Of a stretch of DNA of 64,000 nt, positions 29,311 to 38,211 are shown one piece after another. The translations under genes were made by a program, and so were the position numbers. Origin of the DNA: Planctomycetota bacterium (lineage in GTDB: Bacteria > Planctomycetota > UBA1135 > UBA2386). The notes under the pieces were generated by a model. It did no database searches and was not told the DNA's origin. It was given only the letters and a program-made list of their open reading frames with translations. Positions within the stretch are counted from its first letter, which is position 1; the number at the start of each line of letters is the position of its first letter. Location of the stretch: contig OZ245006.1 in the NCBI GenBank assembly GCA_965223545.1, positions 2,048,001 to 2,112,000 on the forward strand, in the 5' to 3' direction.

Positions 29311-31869
29311 ATGCTGTCCTTCCGGAGTCTCAGGGTCGGGTGGCGCGGCCCTTTCGCTGTGGGCATCGTGGCGATGACCGCGGCAGCCGTGATTCTCGGC
29401 AATGCCCAGAGCCCCGCTGGCGGCGAGCGCGCGCCCACCGCACCCGATTCCGGGCCCCTTCCACGCTCGCCTACCGGCGGCCTGTTCCTCGAGAACCGCG
29501 GGCAATGGCCGGACGACGTCCGCTTCGCGGCGCGCAGCGATGGCCTGACCCTCTGCGCGACTCCGGCGGGCCTGCGGCTGCACCTGCGGGCGGAGTCGGG
29601 GTCCGAGACGCTGGAGCTGCGGTTCGAGCGAGCCGCGCCGACGGCGCGCGTGCACGGCGAGGGGCGCGCGACTGCTGCGTTCAACTTCTTCCGTGGCCGG
29701 GACGCGACCCGTTGGCGCAGCGGCGTCTCCGGCTTCCGCGAGGTCGTGTACTCCGAGATCTATCCGGGCATTGGCTTGCGCTTGCGTCCGAATGCCGCCG
29801 GTGCACTCCAATACGATTTCGAGCTGCGCCCCGGAACGGATCTCAGCCAGGTCGTGATCCACTGCCGCGGCGCGCGTGGTCTGTCGCGCGACGCGACGGG
29901 AGGGCTGTGCGCCGAGACCGACCACGGTGTCCTGCGGCAAACCCGCCCCGTGGCGTGGTACGCCGGCGAGGACGGGCAGCGCGAGCCGGTCGACTGCGAC
30001 TTCACTCTGCTCGACGAAGAGCGCTTCGGCTTCTCGGTGGACCGGCACCGAGCCGACCTTTCCCTGGTCGTCGATCCCGCGCTGACGTGGGCGACGTATG
30101 CTGGCGGCACGGGTTCGGAGATGGCGTCGGCCACCGCGTTGGCCCCGGATGGCTCGGTGATCGTCGTCGGCGGCACCGACTCGGCGGACCTTCCGGTCAC
30201 GGCTGGCGCAGTGGGGCCCTCCTACCAAGGGTCGTCCGTGCCCTATGCGGGTGACGCGTTCGTGCTGCACTTGAGTGCGGACGGCAGCCAACTCCTGTCG
30301 GCGACCTACCTCGGTGGCGCGGACGCCGACAGCGCGACCGCGGTCGCAGTCGACGCAACCGGGGCGATCACCGTGGCCGGATTCACATCCTCCGCGGACT
30401 TTCCCGCGACACCGACGGCCTACCTGCCGACAGCGCAAGGACGGACGGATGGCTTTGTCACGCGACTGGCCCCCGGGGCGCGCGCGCTGCAGTGGTCGAC
30501 GTATCTCGGAGGCAGCTTTGATGACACCCTCCACGCGATGCGCTTGAGCCCGCGCGGTTCGGTCTGGGTGACGGGAATCACCAACTCCGACGACCTGCCG
30601 ACGACAACCGGTGCGGTCTCGCGCTCTTGGACGGCGTCCGAGGACGTCTTTCTCGCCGAGATCGCCCCCAGCGGCGCGGCACTCCTGGCCGCCACCTATT
30701 TCGGCGGGTCCAGGTTCGATCGGGGATACGCCTTGGCACTCGATGCCGCCGGACGACCGACGATTGCGGGCAACACCAACTCTCTCGACCTTCCGCTCAC
30801 TGCAGGTGTCGTCGGGCCGGCCCACCAGGGTCTGGGCGATGCCTTCGTCGCGCGGTTCGACCGACAGCTGACCACGATTCTGTTCGCCACCTACCTCGGC
30901 GGCAGCGACGTCGACCGCGCCACGGGGGTGGCTGTCGACCTGCGCAACGGGGAGACCGTGGTCACCGGCTACACGGACTCGCGCGACTTCCCGACGACTC
31001 CCGGCGCGATCCTGCCCGTGCGGGCGCGCGCGACCGACGCGTTCGTGACACGCCTCGATCCAACCGGCACCGCGATGCGCTTCTCGACCTACTTCGGCGG
31101 CTCCGGCATCGACAGCGCAGCTGCCGTGGCGATCGATCCCAGTGGCGATGCGACGATCGTCGGCGACACGACCTCGGCAAATCTGCCGATCACACGCGGT
31201 GCCTTTCAACCGCTCCGCAGCAGCTCGTCCGTGGAGAGTTTCTTCGCCCGCCTGGAGCCCACCGGCGGGCTCCGCTACTCGAGCTTCCTGGGCGGCTTCG
31301 ACCTCGACATCGCGAGGGGCGTGGCCCTCGACGAGACCACGGCAGCGGTCATCGTCGGCGGCACGGCATCCCTCAACTTCCCGACCACTACCGGCGCTTG
31401 GATGACCCAGCCGCCCGGTGTCGGCACCGACGCGTTCATCGCCCGCGTCGAACTCCTCCCCGACGGAGTCCGAACGTTCGGCCGCTCCAGTCCGGGCTGC
31501 ACTGGGCCCCTGGCAGCCGGAGTGTCCGGCATCCCCTCCCTCGGCAGCACGACGTTCGCCCTGACCTGCAGCAACGCCGGCGCCCACTTCCCCGGCATCG
31601 CCTGGCTGTCGCGGGCAGGCCTGCGCTTTCCGGTGTCGACGCTCGGCGTCGAGCTCTGGCTCGATCCGCGCAGGACGATCGCCACACCAACCCTGCGCGC
31701 CGACGCCGGCGGCGTCGGCAACCTCCCCCTGCCGATCCCCGCCAACAGCGCCCTGCTCGGCTTTCGATTCAGCGCCCAGTTCGTCTGGCTGACGCCGTTC
31801 TTTCCCCCGCCGTGCCCGCCTCTCGCCGTGTCCACGTCGAACGCGATCGAATGCACGATTCAGCCATAG
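29311..31869 (+). CDS. SBBP-repeat beta-propeller surface protein with N-terminal domain and C-terminal accessory domain
   Basis: FLENRGQW, YSEIYPGI, YDFELRPG and repeated TYLGG...D...VxGxTxSxDFP; GAGGAG RBS before ATG 29311. Confidence 0.9.
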   Translation: MLSFRSLRVGWRGPFAVGIVAMTAAAVILGNAQSPAGGERAPTAPDSGPLPRSPTGGLFLENRGQWPDDVRFAARSDGLTLCATPAGLRLHLRAESGSETLELRFERAAPTARVHGEGRATAAFNFFRGRDATRWRSGVSGFREVVYSEIYPGIGLRLRPNAAGALQYDFELRPGTDLSQVVIHCRGARGLSRDATGGLCAETDHGVLRQTRPVAWYAGEDGQREPVDCDFTLLDEERFGFSVDRHRADLSLVVDPALTWATYAGGTGSEMASATALAPDGSVIVVGGTDSADLPVTAGAVGPSYQGSSVPYAGDAFVLHLSADGSQLLSATYLGGADADSATAVAVDATGAITVAGFTSSADFPATPTAYLPTAQGRTDGFVTRLAPGARALQWSTYLGGSFDDTLHAMRLSPRGSVWVTGITNSDDLPTTTGAVSRSWTASEDVFLAEIAPSGAALLAATYFGGSRFDRGYALALDAAGRPTIAGNTNSLDLPLTAGVVGPAHQGLGDAFVARFDRQLTTILFATYLGGSDVDRATGVAVDLRNGETVVTGYTDSRDFPTTPGAILPVRARATDAFVTRLDPTGTAMRFSTYFGGSGIDSAAAVAIDPSGDATIVGDTTSANLPITRGAFQPLRSSSSVESFFARLEPTGGLRYSSFLGGFDLDIARGVALDETTAAVIVGGTASLNFPTTTGAWMTQPPGVGTDAFIARVELLPDGVRTFGRSSPGCTGPLAAGVSGIPSLGSTTFALTCSNAGAHFPGIAWLSRAGLRFPVSTLGVELWLDPRRTIATPTLRADAGGVGNLPLPIPANSALLGFRFSAQFVWLTPFFPPPCPPLAVSTSNAIECTIQP

Positions 31870-31899
31870 AGAGCCGCAATGCCGGCCGACGCGCCCCCC

Positions 31900-32403
31900 T
31901 CAATCACGTTCGAAGTAGGTGCGGAGATTCGCGATCGCGCGACTCCAACGGTGCCTCGCCGTCGACGGCGCGCAACCGAGCTGCTTGGCCACGACGCTCG
32001 GAGACTGACCGAGCCTGAGAGACGTCCGCAACAACTCCGCCTGCCGCGGTGCACGGACGCCAAGCCACCTCAGGGCATCCTCCAGATCGACTCCGTAATC
32101 CAATGCGGAGCGGGCAGCCGCAGCGCTAGCGACCCCTCCAAGCTCGCTCCGAGCACGAGCTTCGCAGGTCCGGCGACGCTCTCCGTCGATGATGACTGAA
32201 CGTAGCGCCGTCACGAGCACGGAGTAGCAGTGGTTCGCATCGCGCCAATGCTGCTGCCTTCCCAGTTGACGCACTACCGCTTCGTGTACGGCATCCTCCG
32301 GTGAAACCGAGCTCACGATGCACGCCAACCGCGAGGTTGCGTGGCGGCACAGCTCCTCGTAGCGCGAGCAACACACGCGCCACGTGGTCACGTCGGGATT
32401 CAT
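31900..32403 (-). CDS. divergent ECF sigma factor (same family as 9344-9907)
   Basis: YEELCRHA, SPEDAVHEA, ALRSVIIDGERR, DLEDALRWL...PRQAELL and VAKQLGCAPSTARHRW. Confidence 0.75.
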   Translation of the reverse strand: MNPDVTTWRVCCSRYEELCRHATSRLACIVSSVSPEDAVHEAVVRQLGRQQHWRDANHCYSVLVTALRSVIIDGERRRTCEARARSELGGVASAAAARSALDYGVDLEDALRWLGVRAPRQAELLRTSLRLGQSPSVVAKQLGCAPSTARHRWSRAIANLRTYFERD

Positions 32404-32693
32404 CGCAAAGGATTCGATTCGTGCTCAGAACGCTCTACCTGACCAAACGGTGACTTTGCGCCGTTGCGTACGCTTAAAAAATAAAAAACAGGGCCAGAAG
32501 ACGCCACCTCGTCCGGTCAGTCTGAGGCATTCTCAGGTTGGCCGACACTCGCTCATGTGGTCAGCCGCGCACGCCCTCGCTGAAACGTCGCTCAAGCGGG
32601 TTGCTGGGAGGTGCCTGTTGCCATGAGCGAGTCACAGCTACAGATCGACGAAGCCTCTCCATTCAGCGGGCCGGACCACCACGAGAAGGTTGC

Positions 32694-33563
32694 ATGACAG
32701 TGATTAAGAGTGTTGCGGCCGTTTGCTTTCTTGGCATCTGTGCCTGGTTCGGTTTCGCCATACCACGCGTCACCGAGCACTCCTCGCCCGAGGATCTCTT
32801 CCCAGGCTCAGCCGCAAGACGAGCGCTACTCGAGCGAGAGGAAGATCTCACCGCGAAAGTGAACCTGAAGATGCAACACATCGTCGCTCGCGCCACGGCG
32901 TCTGATGCACTGCCCAGCCCGGTGCACGATGAAGACGCTGAATCAGCGGCGGACCCGGAGTGGCAAGCATTGCCGAGACTTGGCTTCTCAATAGTGGAGA
33001 CACTCCACGACCAATCGGAAAGTCTCGAGGGACGAACTCTGTTTCGGCACAAGGAACTCAATCCTCACGACCGCTTCATCTGCAAGGCCGCTCGGGATGC
33101 GTTCGACACGCTGCTAAAGAAGCGAACTGCTCTGCTCGAAACTGCGATTGACTTCCGCTCGGACCTGGCCGGCGAGGAGTTCGATCGCCTCAAGTCTCGG
33201 GGGCGTGCGCGCTTCATCAACTTCCACGAGGCGGTTGCCAGCATCCCCGCCCCTCAAAGGCAGAAATTCACGCGGGAGTGCGAAGGCGCCGCACGAGAGC
33301 GAGGGGACGAGGGCATGGCCATCATCGTCGGCCCGCTCCTTTTTCCTGGCCGCAGAATGCCGATCGTGACCAACGTTGACGGAGATCGGATCTTCTACTC
33401 GGTTCTCGAAGACCTGCCTGCGGCAAGCCAGGTGGAGGAGCTCAGAGTGCACCTGTCGATAGACCTTGCTAGCAAAGTGGTCTCATGGTTCGGAAGCACC
33501 GTCGCGCTCACGAGCGATCAACAGCAACAGATCATGAATGCACTGATCAAGAGGATTCCCTGA
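32694..33563 (+). CDS. hypothetical protein with N-terminal membrane anchor or signal peptide
   Basis: 289-aa ORF from ATG 32694; GAAGG RBS; hydrophobic VAAVCFLGICAWFGFAI. Confidence 0.7.
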   Translation: MTVIKSVAAVCFLGICAWFGFAIPRVTEHSSPEDLFPGSAARRALLEREEDLTAKVNLKMQHIVARATASDALPSPVHDEDAESAADPEWQALPRLGFSIVETLHDQSESLEGRTLFRHKELNPHDRFICKAARDAFDTLLKKRTALLETAIDFRSDLAGEEFDRLKSRGRARFINFHEAVASIPAPQRQKFTRECEGAARERGDEGMAIIVGPLLFPGRRMPIVTNVDGDRIFYSVLEDLPAASQVEELRVHLSIDLASKVVSWFGSTVALTSDQQQQIMNALIKRIP

Positions 33564-33620
33564 ATCTCGAATCTGACGCAAACCTCTTTGCCCCCCTTAT
33601 CCTAGTCAACGGAGTACACG

Positions 33621-34091
33621 ATGCTAAGAATAGCATTCCTCGGCCTACTTGCCTTCTTGCTTGCGGCAGTGTCCGCCCCGCGCAACCTGTGTGACGGCCG
33701 GGACGCCTGCGGTCATCGTTGGGTAGCTGGAAGTGGACCTAACCAGGGTCAGCTCAACGTTGTGAACAACGGATCTCGGCGAGGGACCTGCAAGTGCGAC
33801 ACCGAGGATCTTCTATGCAAAGAAGATCCCAACAATCGGTGCTTGGCGAAGTACAAGGGCACCTACACGCCCAGCGCCGGCAAGTGCGCAAAGAACGACC
33901 TCTCGGACTGCACGTCGGGGAACGTGATCGCCACCATCTCAGCGAATGGGTGCGGCGACACGACACCGCTACAGTTTTGGGAGTGCAATTGCCCCGATGA
34001 GCTCCATGCGACGTGCTGGGAATGCTCGGTCGTAGCGTCTTTCACCGCGAAATGCGATGCGAACACCTGCGGGGCTGTCGAGTGCCCCTAG
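33621..34091 (+). CDS. small secreted cysteine-rich protein (16 Cys)
   Basis: GGAG RBS; signal peptide MLRIAFLGLLAFLLAAVSA; 16 Cys in the mature part. Confidence 0.8.
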   Translation: MLRIAFLGLLAFLLAAVSAPRNLCDGRDACGHRWVAGSGPNQGQLNVVNNGSRRGTCKCDTEDLLCKEDPNNRCLAKYKGTYTPSAGKCAKNDLSDCTSGNVIATISANGCGDTTPLQFWECNCPDELHATCWECSVVASFTAKCDANTCGAVECP

Positions 34092-34844
34092 CCTGAGGCG
34101 ATCGGGGGGACAATCGACGTTCCTTTCAATTCCGTGGGTAGCTGCTGCGTGAGTTTGGTGCCGAGACGCCAAGGGGCCTTGGCACGCGGCCGCTCCGGCA
34201 CCGCCGGCAGCGCGCATGGACTCAGCGCGGCCGAGGCCGCAACCAAACTCGGAGCGTTCCGCGACCCGAACGTCGGTCGCAAATCCCGCGGTCGCCGGCG
34301 GCCGCGCTGAGCCCAAAAGGCCAGTGTTGTCTTCGAGCCTCCGGGAGCTGCGTTGTCGAAACTCCAGCGGCATCGAGCCTTCCGAAAGGTTGTCGCCGCG
34401 CGAAGACTTGCGGCCCCCGAGGCTCAGCGCCCTTCCGGGGCTACTCCCTTCTCTCTGCTCCGCACCGTCGACGTAGGCCACACCATGGCGCCCGCCTCAG
34501 ATCGGCGCCGACGGGGACGAAGCGAAGGGGAGCCTTCGACATCTCCCCGGCGTACCCCGAGGCACTCCCATGCGAGAGCGACGCCTGATGGCGTCGACCG
34601 CCTCACTGGACGCTCGCCGCCTGGATGCTCGCGTCTTGCGCGCAAATCGTGCGACGGGTTGCACTGATTGGAGCAACGCCGAGGGCAAACTGCTGGACAG
34701 TTCGGCGATAAACTGGTCACCGCTTCGCATCCGCCTCGAACGCGATCGGGCGATCGCGAGCACGATCCATCCATAGGGAAGGCTTCCTGACCCTGCAACG
34801 CGACGCCCCAACGTCGACGACTCGCCGTAGCATCGCCCCCCGCC

Positions 34845-35879
34845 ATGCGATCCTCGCTCCTTCCATCGTTCGTTCTCGCCGCGGTCGCCTCCGTCGCGCC
34901 CGCGCAACCCGAGTCCGCAGTCGACGCCGTGCACGCCGCGCTGGAGGACTACCTGCGCGGCCTCTACGACGCCGCGCCCGAGCGCATCGAGCGCAGCGTG
35001 TCACCGTCGCTGCACAAGCTGGGCTTCTGGCGCGATGACGAGAACCAGCGCTGGGTGCCGGCGCCGATGAGTTACGAGCAGCTCGTGGAGCTGGCCGGCC
35101 GGTGGAATGCCGACGGCAACCGGGTCGGCGACGGCGCGGTCGGCCGCGTCGAGGTGTTCGAGGTCGCCGACGACATCGCGTGTGGGCAGATCGAGGCCGT
35201 TTGGGGCGTCGACTACGCGCAGCTGGTGCGCGAGGCCGACGGGCGCTGGCGCATCCGCCACCTCCTCTGGCAGAGCTGGCCGGACGCGCCGGGCGCGCGG
35301 ATGGCCGCCGACGCGGAAGCCGAGCGGGCGGTCGAGCGGGCCGGCTTCGACTATCTCGACGGCTTCTACCAGGCGCAGCCCGAGCTCACCGATCGCGGGG
35401 TGCACCCGGAGCTGGTCAAGGTCGGCGTGCGCCACCGGGACGGGGCGCGCGAGGAGCACCCGATGACGTTCGACGAGCTGCGGACACTGTGCGCGACCGC
35501 GTATGCCGAGCGCGAGAAGCTGACCGATCCGCCCCGCGTCGTCGAGGTGCTCGACCGCCGAACGCACATCGCCCTGGTCCGGCTGGTCGGCGTTTGGGGC
35601 TTCGACTACATGGCTCTGGCGGACGGCGAGGACGGCTGGCAGATTCGCCAGGTCGTGTGGCAGCCGCCGCCGGCGGAGCCCCCGCAGCGGCCGGTCCTCG
35701 CGATTGCCGACGCCTCCAATGCGCGCTGCCCGTTCTCGGGTGAGCCAATCGTCGCCGACGCCCTGACCCGGCGGCGCGGGCAGGTGGTCGGCTTCTGCAA
35801 GCCGGACTGCCGGGATCGCTACGCGCGCACCCCGGAGCGCTTCGCCGAGGCGGTGGCCAAGGCCGCAACGCAGCGCTGA
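34845..35879 (+). CDS. secreted tandem NTF2-like (lumazine-binding-like) protein with C-terminal YHS/TRASH-like domain
   Basis: Two copies of DYLxGxY...PxLxKxG...WGxDYxxL...WxIxxxxWQ; C-terminal CPFSG...VGFCKPDC. Confidence 0.8.
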   Translation: MRSSLLPSFVLAAVASVAPAQPESAVDAVHAALEDYLRGLYDAAPERIERSVSPSLHKLGFWRDDENQRWVPAPMSYEQLVELAGRWNADGNRVGDGAVGRVEVFEVADDIACGQIEAVWGVDYAQLVREADGRWRIRHLLWQSWPDAPGARMAADAEAERAVERAGFDYLDGFYQAQPELTDRGVHPELVKVGVRHRDGAREEHPMTFDELRTLCATAYAEREKLTDPPRVVEVLDRRTHIALVRLVGVWGFDYMALADGEDGWQIRQVVWQPPPAEPPQRPVLAIADASNARCPFSGEPIVADALTRRRGQVVGFCKPDCRDRYARTPERFAEAVAKAATQR

Positions 35880-35910
35880 AGCGCCCTCCGGAGGGCGCCT
35901 CAGCGCTGCG
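35869..35910. terminator. 42-bp near-perfect palindrome overlapping the stop codon
   Basis: CGCAGCGCTGA-A-GCGCCCTCCGGAGGGCGC-C-TCAGCGCTGCG. Confidence 0.6.
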
Positions 35911-36091
35911 CACCGGTGTCCCGCGGGGAGGACACCGCGTCTCCCGGCCGATGCGGCGCGGCGCGGCCGGCGCCCTTCGGGCCCATCCGCGGCCGCCAAA
36001 CGCCCTTGCGAACGGCCGGCACACACCCGATGAGACCGGTATCCTTTTTGCACCTCTGCAGCCCACCACCGACCTCGTGACCTGGACTGGA

Positions 36092-38134
36092 ATGCGCTAC
36101 GCCCTGATCTCGGCCCTCGCCCTGCTGTTGTTCTGCACCAGCGACCTGACCGCGCAGCGGCGCGGCGACCCCGGCCGGAGCGCGCGCCCCGCGCCGCGAT
36201 CGACGCCCCGCGCGGCGCCGCGGCCCGCCCCGCGCTCGACGCCGCGCTCGACACCCCGGCCGACGCCGCGCGCGACGCCCCGGTCGACACCGCGATCCGA
36301 TAGCCGGTCGCGGTCGACCCCTCGTTCTACGCCCAGGTCGACACCGCGCTCCGACAGCCGGTCGCGATCGACCCCTCGCTCCACGCCCAGGTCGACTCCC
36401 CGCTCCACCCCGCGGTCGACCCCACGCGCCGACAGCCGACCGCGATCGACGCCGACACCCCGCTCGAGCCGACCCGAGCCGCGCCTCGAACGCCCGACCC
36501 CGCGCACGAACCGGGGCAGCGACCGGGGCTCGAGCCCGCGCTCGACTCCTCGCCCGCGGAGCAGCACGCCGACCAACGCCGACCGATACTCGCGCAGTCG
36601 CGGCGACCGGGGCGCCGACCGCTCTTCTCCGCGGTCGAGCCCGCGGCCCAGGTCCGGCGACCGGCCGCGCACCGAGACCCCGCGCTCGGAAGCCTCCCCG
36701 CGACCCAGCGTGCGCGAGCGATCGACCGGGCGGAGCACCGAGCCGACCCCGCGCTCCGACAGCGCGTCCGGCTTCTACCGGCGCAGCCTGCGCGACCGCG
36801 CCGACCGCGCGCGCAGCGACAGTCGACCCCGCACGGCCACGCCGCGCGCGGAGACCCCGCGCCGCGCCGACCGCGGTGGTGACGCGCGGCCGCGGACCGA
36901 CGCGCGGCCGCGGTCGAATCCCCGCAGTGACTCGACGCCGCGGGCGACGCGGCCAGGAGCCCGACCGGCGGCCCGACCCGAGGCGCGACCGGCGCCCCGG
37001 CCGCGCAGCGCGGTGCGCGATCGCTACGTCACGCCGCGCGACCGGACGCGCGCGACGGCGACACCCGTCGACGCACCCCGCCGCGCGCTGACGCCGACGC
37101 TGCAGCCGCGACCGCGGCGAGCCACCGTCGTCGACGCACGGTCGATCGACCGCGTCCGTCCCAGCGTCTACCAAGCGACCTACGCCGGCGGTGCCCGGCG
37201 CTCCTTCTACGGCCGCTCCAGCTGGTACGGACACTCGGTGTCGCTGTCGTTCTCGTTCGGCTACACGCCGCGCTGGTGCCGATGGGGTCTGTACTCCTTC
37301 CCGTTCTATTACGCGCTGCACTGGCCACGCTGGTACGGCGGCTACCGGAATGCGTACTGCTTCTCTTACGGCGCACACCACCCGTGGTACTCCGCCGAGA
37401 GCTGGTGGTGGCCGCGCTCGTACTACTGCCCCACGCTCTACACGTACTCGAGCTACGGCGGCTACGGCTATGGCTACGGCTACTCCAGCGGTTACTCGAG
37501 CGGCTATTCCAGCGGCTACGAGTCGGGCTTCTCCGAGGGCCACTACTACTCGACTTCGGTCGCCAACGGCCGCGTGGTCGCCGCTGGCGCCGAGAGTACC
37601 GAGCCCGCTCCGATCGAGGATTCCACCCTCGCACCGGCCGAGAAGTTCGTCCGCTTGGGCGACTCGTACTTCGCCAGCGAGCGCTTCGCCGAAGCGGCGG
37701 AGAGCTATCTCAAGGCGCTCGCGCTGCGGCCGGAGGACGCCACGATCCACTTGGTGCTCGCCGACGCGCTGTTCGCGACGGGCGATTACCACTACGCGGC
37801 GTACATGATCCGCAAGGCGCTCGGGCTCGATCCCGAGCTGGCGCACGCCGAGGCCGACAAGCGCACGTTCTACGAGAACCCGAAGACCTTCGAAGAGCAC
37901 CTGCAGGCGCTGCGCTCCTACCTCGACGAGCGGCCCTTCGACGCCGCCGCGCGGCTGGTGCTCGGCTACAACCTGCGGTTCTCCGGCGACCCCGAGGGCG
38001 CGCTGGCGGCGTTCCGCAGCGTGCTGGAGATCGACGGCGAAGACGCGGTGGCGAGCGCGTTCATCGCCGCCATCGAGGCCGGCGCGGGCAAGGCCGCGCC
38101 CGCCGAGCCGACGTCGCGCCGCTCGTTCGAGTAG
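36092..38134 (+). CDS. secreted low-complexity (RSTP-repeat, Tyr-rich) TPR protein
   Basis: Signal peptide; about 330 aa R/S/T/P-rich; Y/W/G/S-rich block; TPRs (LGDSYFASERFAEAAESYLKAL). Confidence 0.85.
   Translation: MRYALISALALLLFCTSDLTAQRRGDPGRSARPAPRSTPRAAPRPAPRSTPRSTPRPTPRATPRSTPRSDSRSRSTPRSTPRSTPRSDSRSRSTPRSTPRSTPRSTPRSTPRADSRPRSTPTPRSSRPEPRLERPTPRTNRGSDRGSSPRSTPRPRSSTPTNADRYSRSRGDRGADRSSPRSSPRPRSGDRPRTETPRSEASPRPSVRERSTGRSTEPTPRSDSASGFYRRSLRDRADRARSDSRPRTATPRAETPRRADRGGDARPRTDARPRSNPRSDSTPRATRPGARPAARPEARPAPRPRSAVRDRYVTPRDRTRATATPVDAPRRALTPTLQPRPRRATVVDARSIDRVRPSVYQATYAGGARRSFYGRSSWYGHSVSLSFSFGYTPRWCRWGLYSFPFYYALHWPRWYGGYRNAYCFSYGAHHPWYSAESWWWPRSYYCPTLYTYSSYGGYGYGYGYSSGYSSGYSSGYESGFSEGHYYSTSVANGRVVAAGAESTEPAPIEDSTLAPAEKFVRLGDSYFASERFAEAAESYLKALALRPEDATIHLVLADALFATGDYHYAAYMIRKALGLDPELAHAEADKRTFYENPKTFEEHLQALRSYLDERPFDAAARLVLGYNLRFSGDPEGALAAFRSVLEIDGEDAVASAFIAAIEAGAGKAAPAEPTSRRSFE
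36185..36460 (+). repeat. coding tandem repeat (12-bp RSTP unit, including a 54-bp duplication)
   Basis: About 13 RSTP units with varied codons; RSDSRSRSTPRSTPRSTP occurs twice near 36292-36399. Confidence 0.85.
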
Positions 38135-38211
38135 CGCGGCGGCCGAAAGGCCCGCTGTCGGCCTCGTCCGCGTTGAGCCGGACGCGGCGGTGATGCACAA
38201 TCGCCGCCGCC

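Noticed and set aside
31870..34840. Islet as a prophage, IS or integron cassette
   Set aside because: No integrase, transposase, att/attC sites or terminal repeats seen
34092..34844. Short ORFs or an ncRNA in the gap after the Cys-rich gene
   Set aside because: No recognisable motifs, RBS or RNA-family structure; left unannotated
36185..36460. Tandem repeat as a CRISPR array or non-coding satellite
   Set aside because: It has an in-frame 12-bp period with synonymous variation, no spacers and no cas genes
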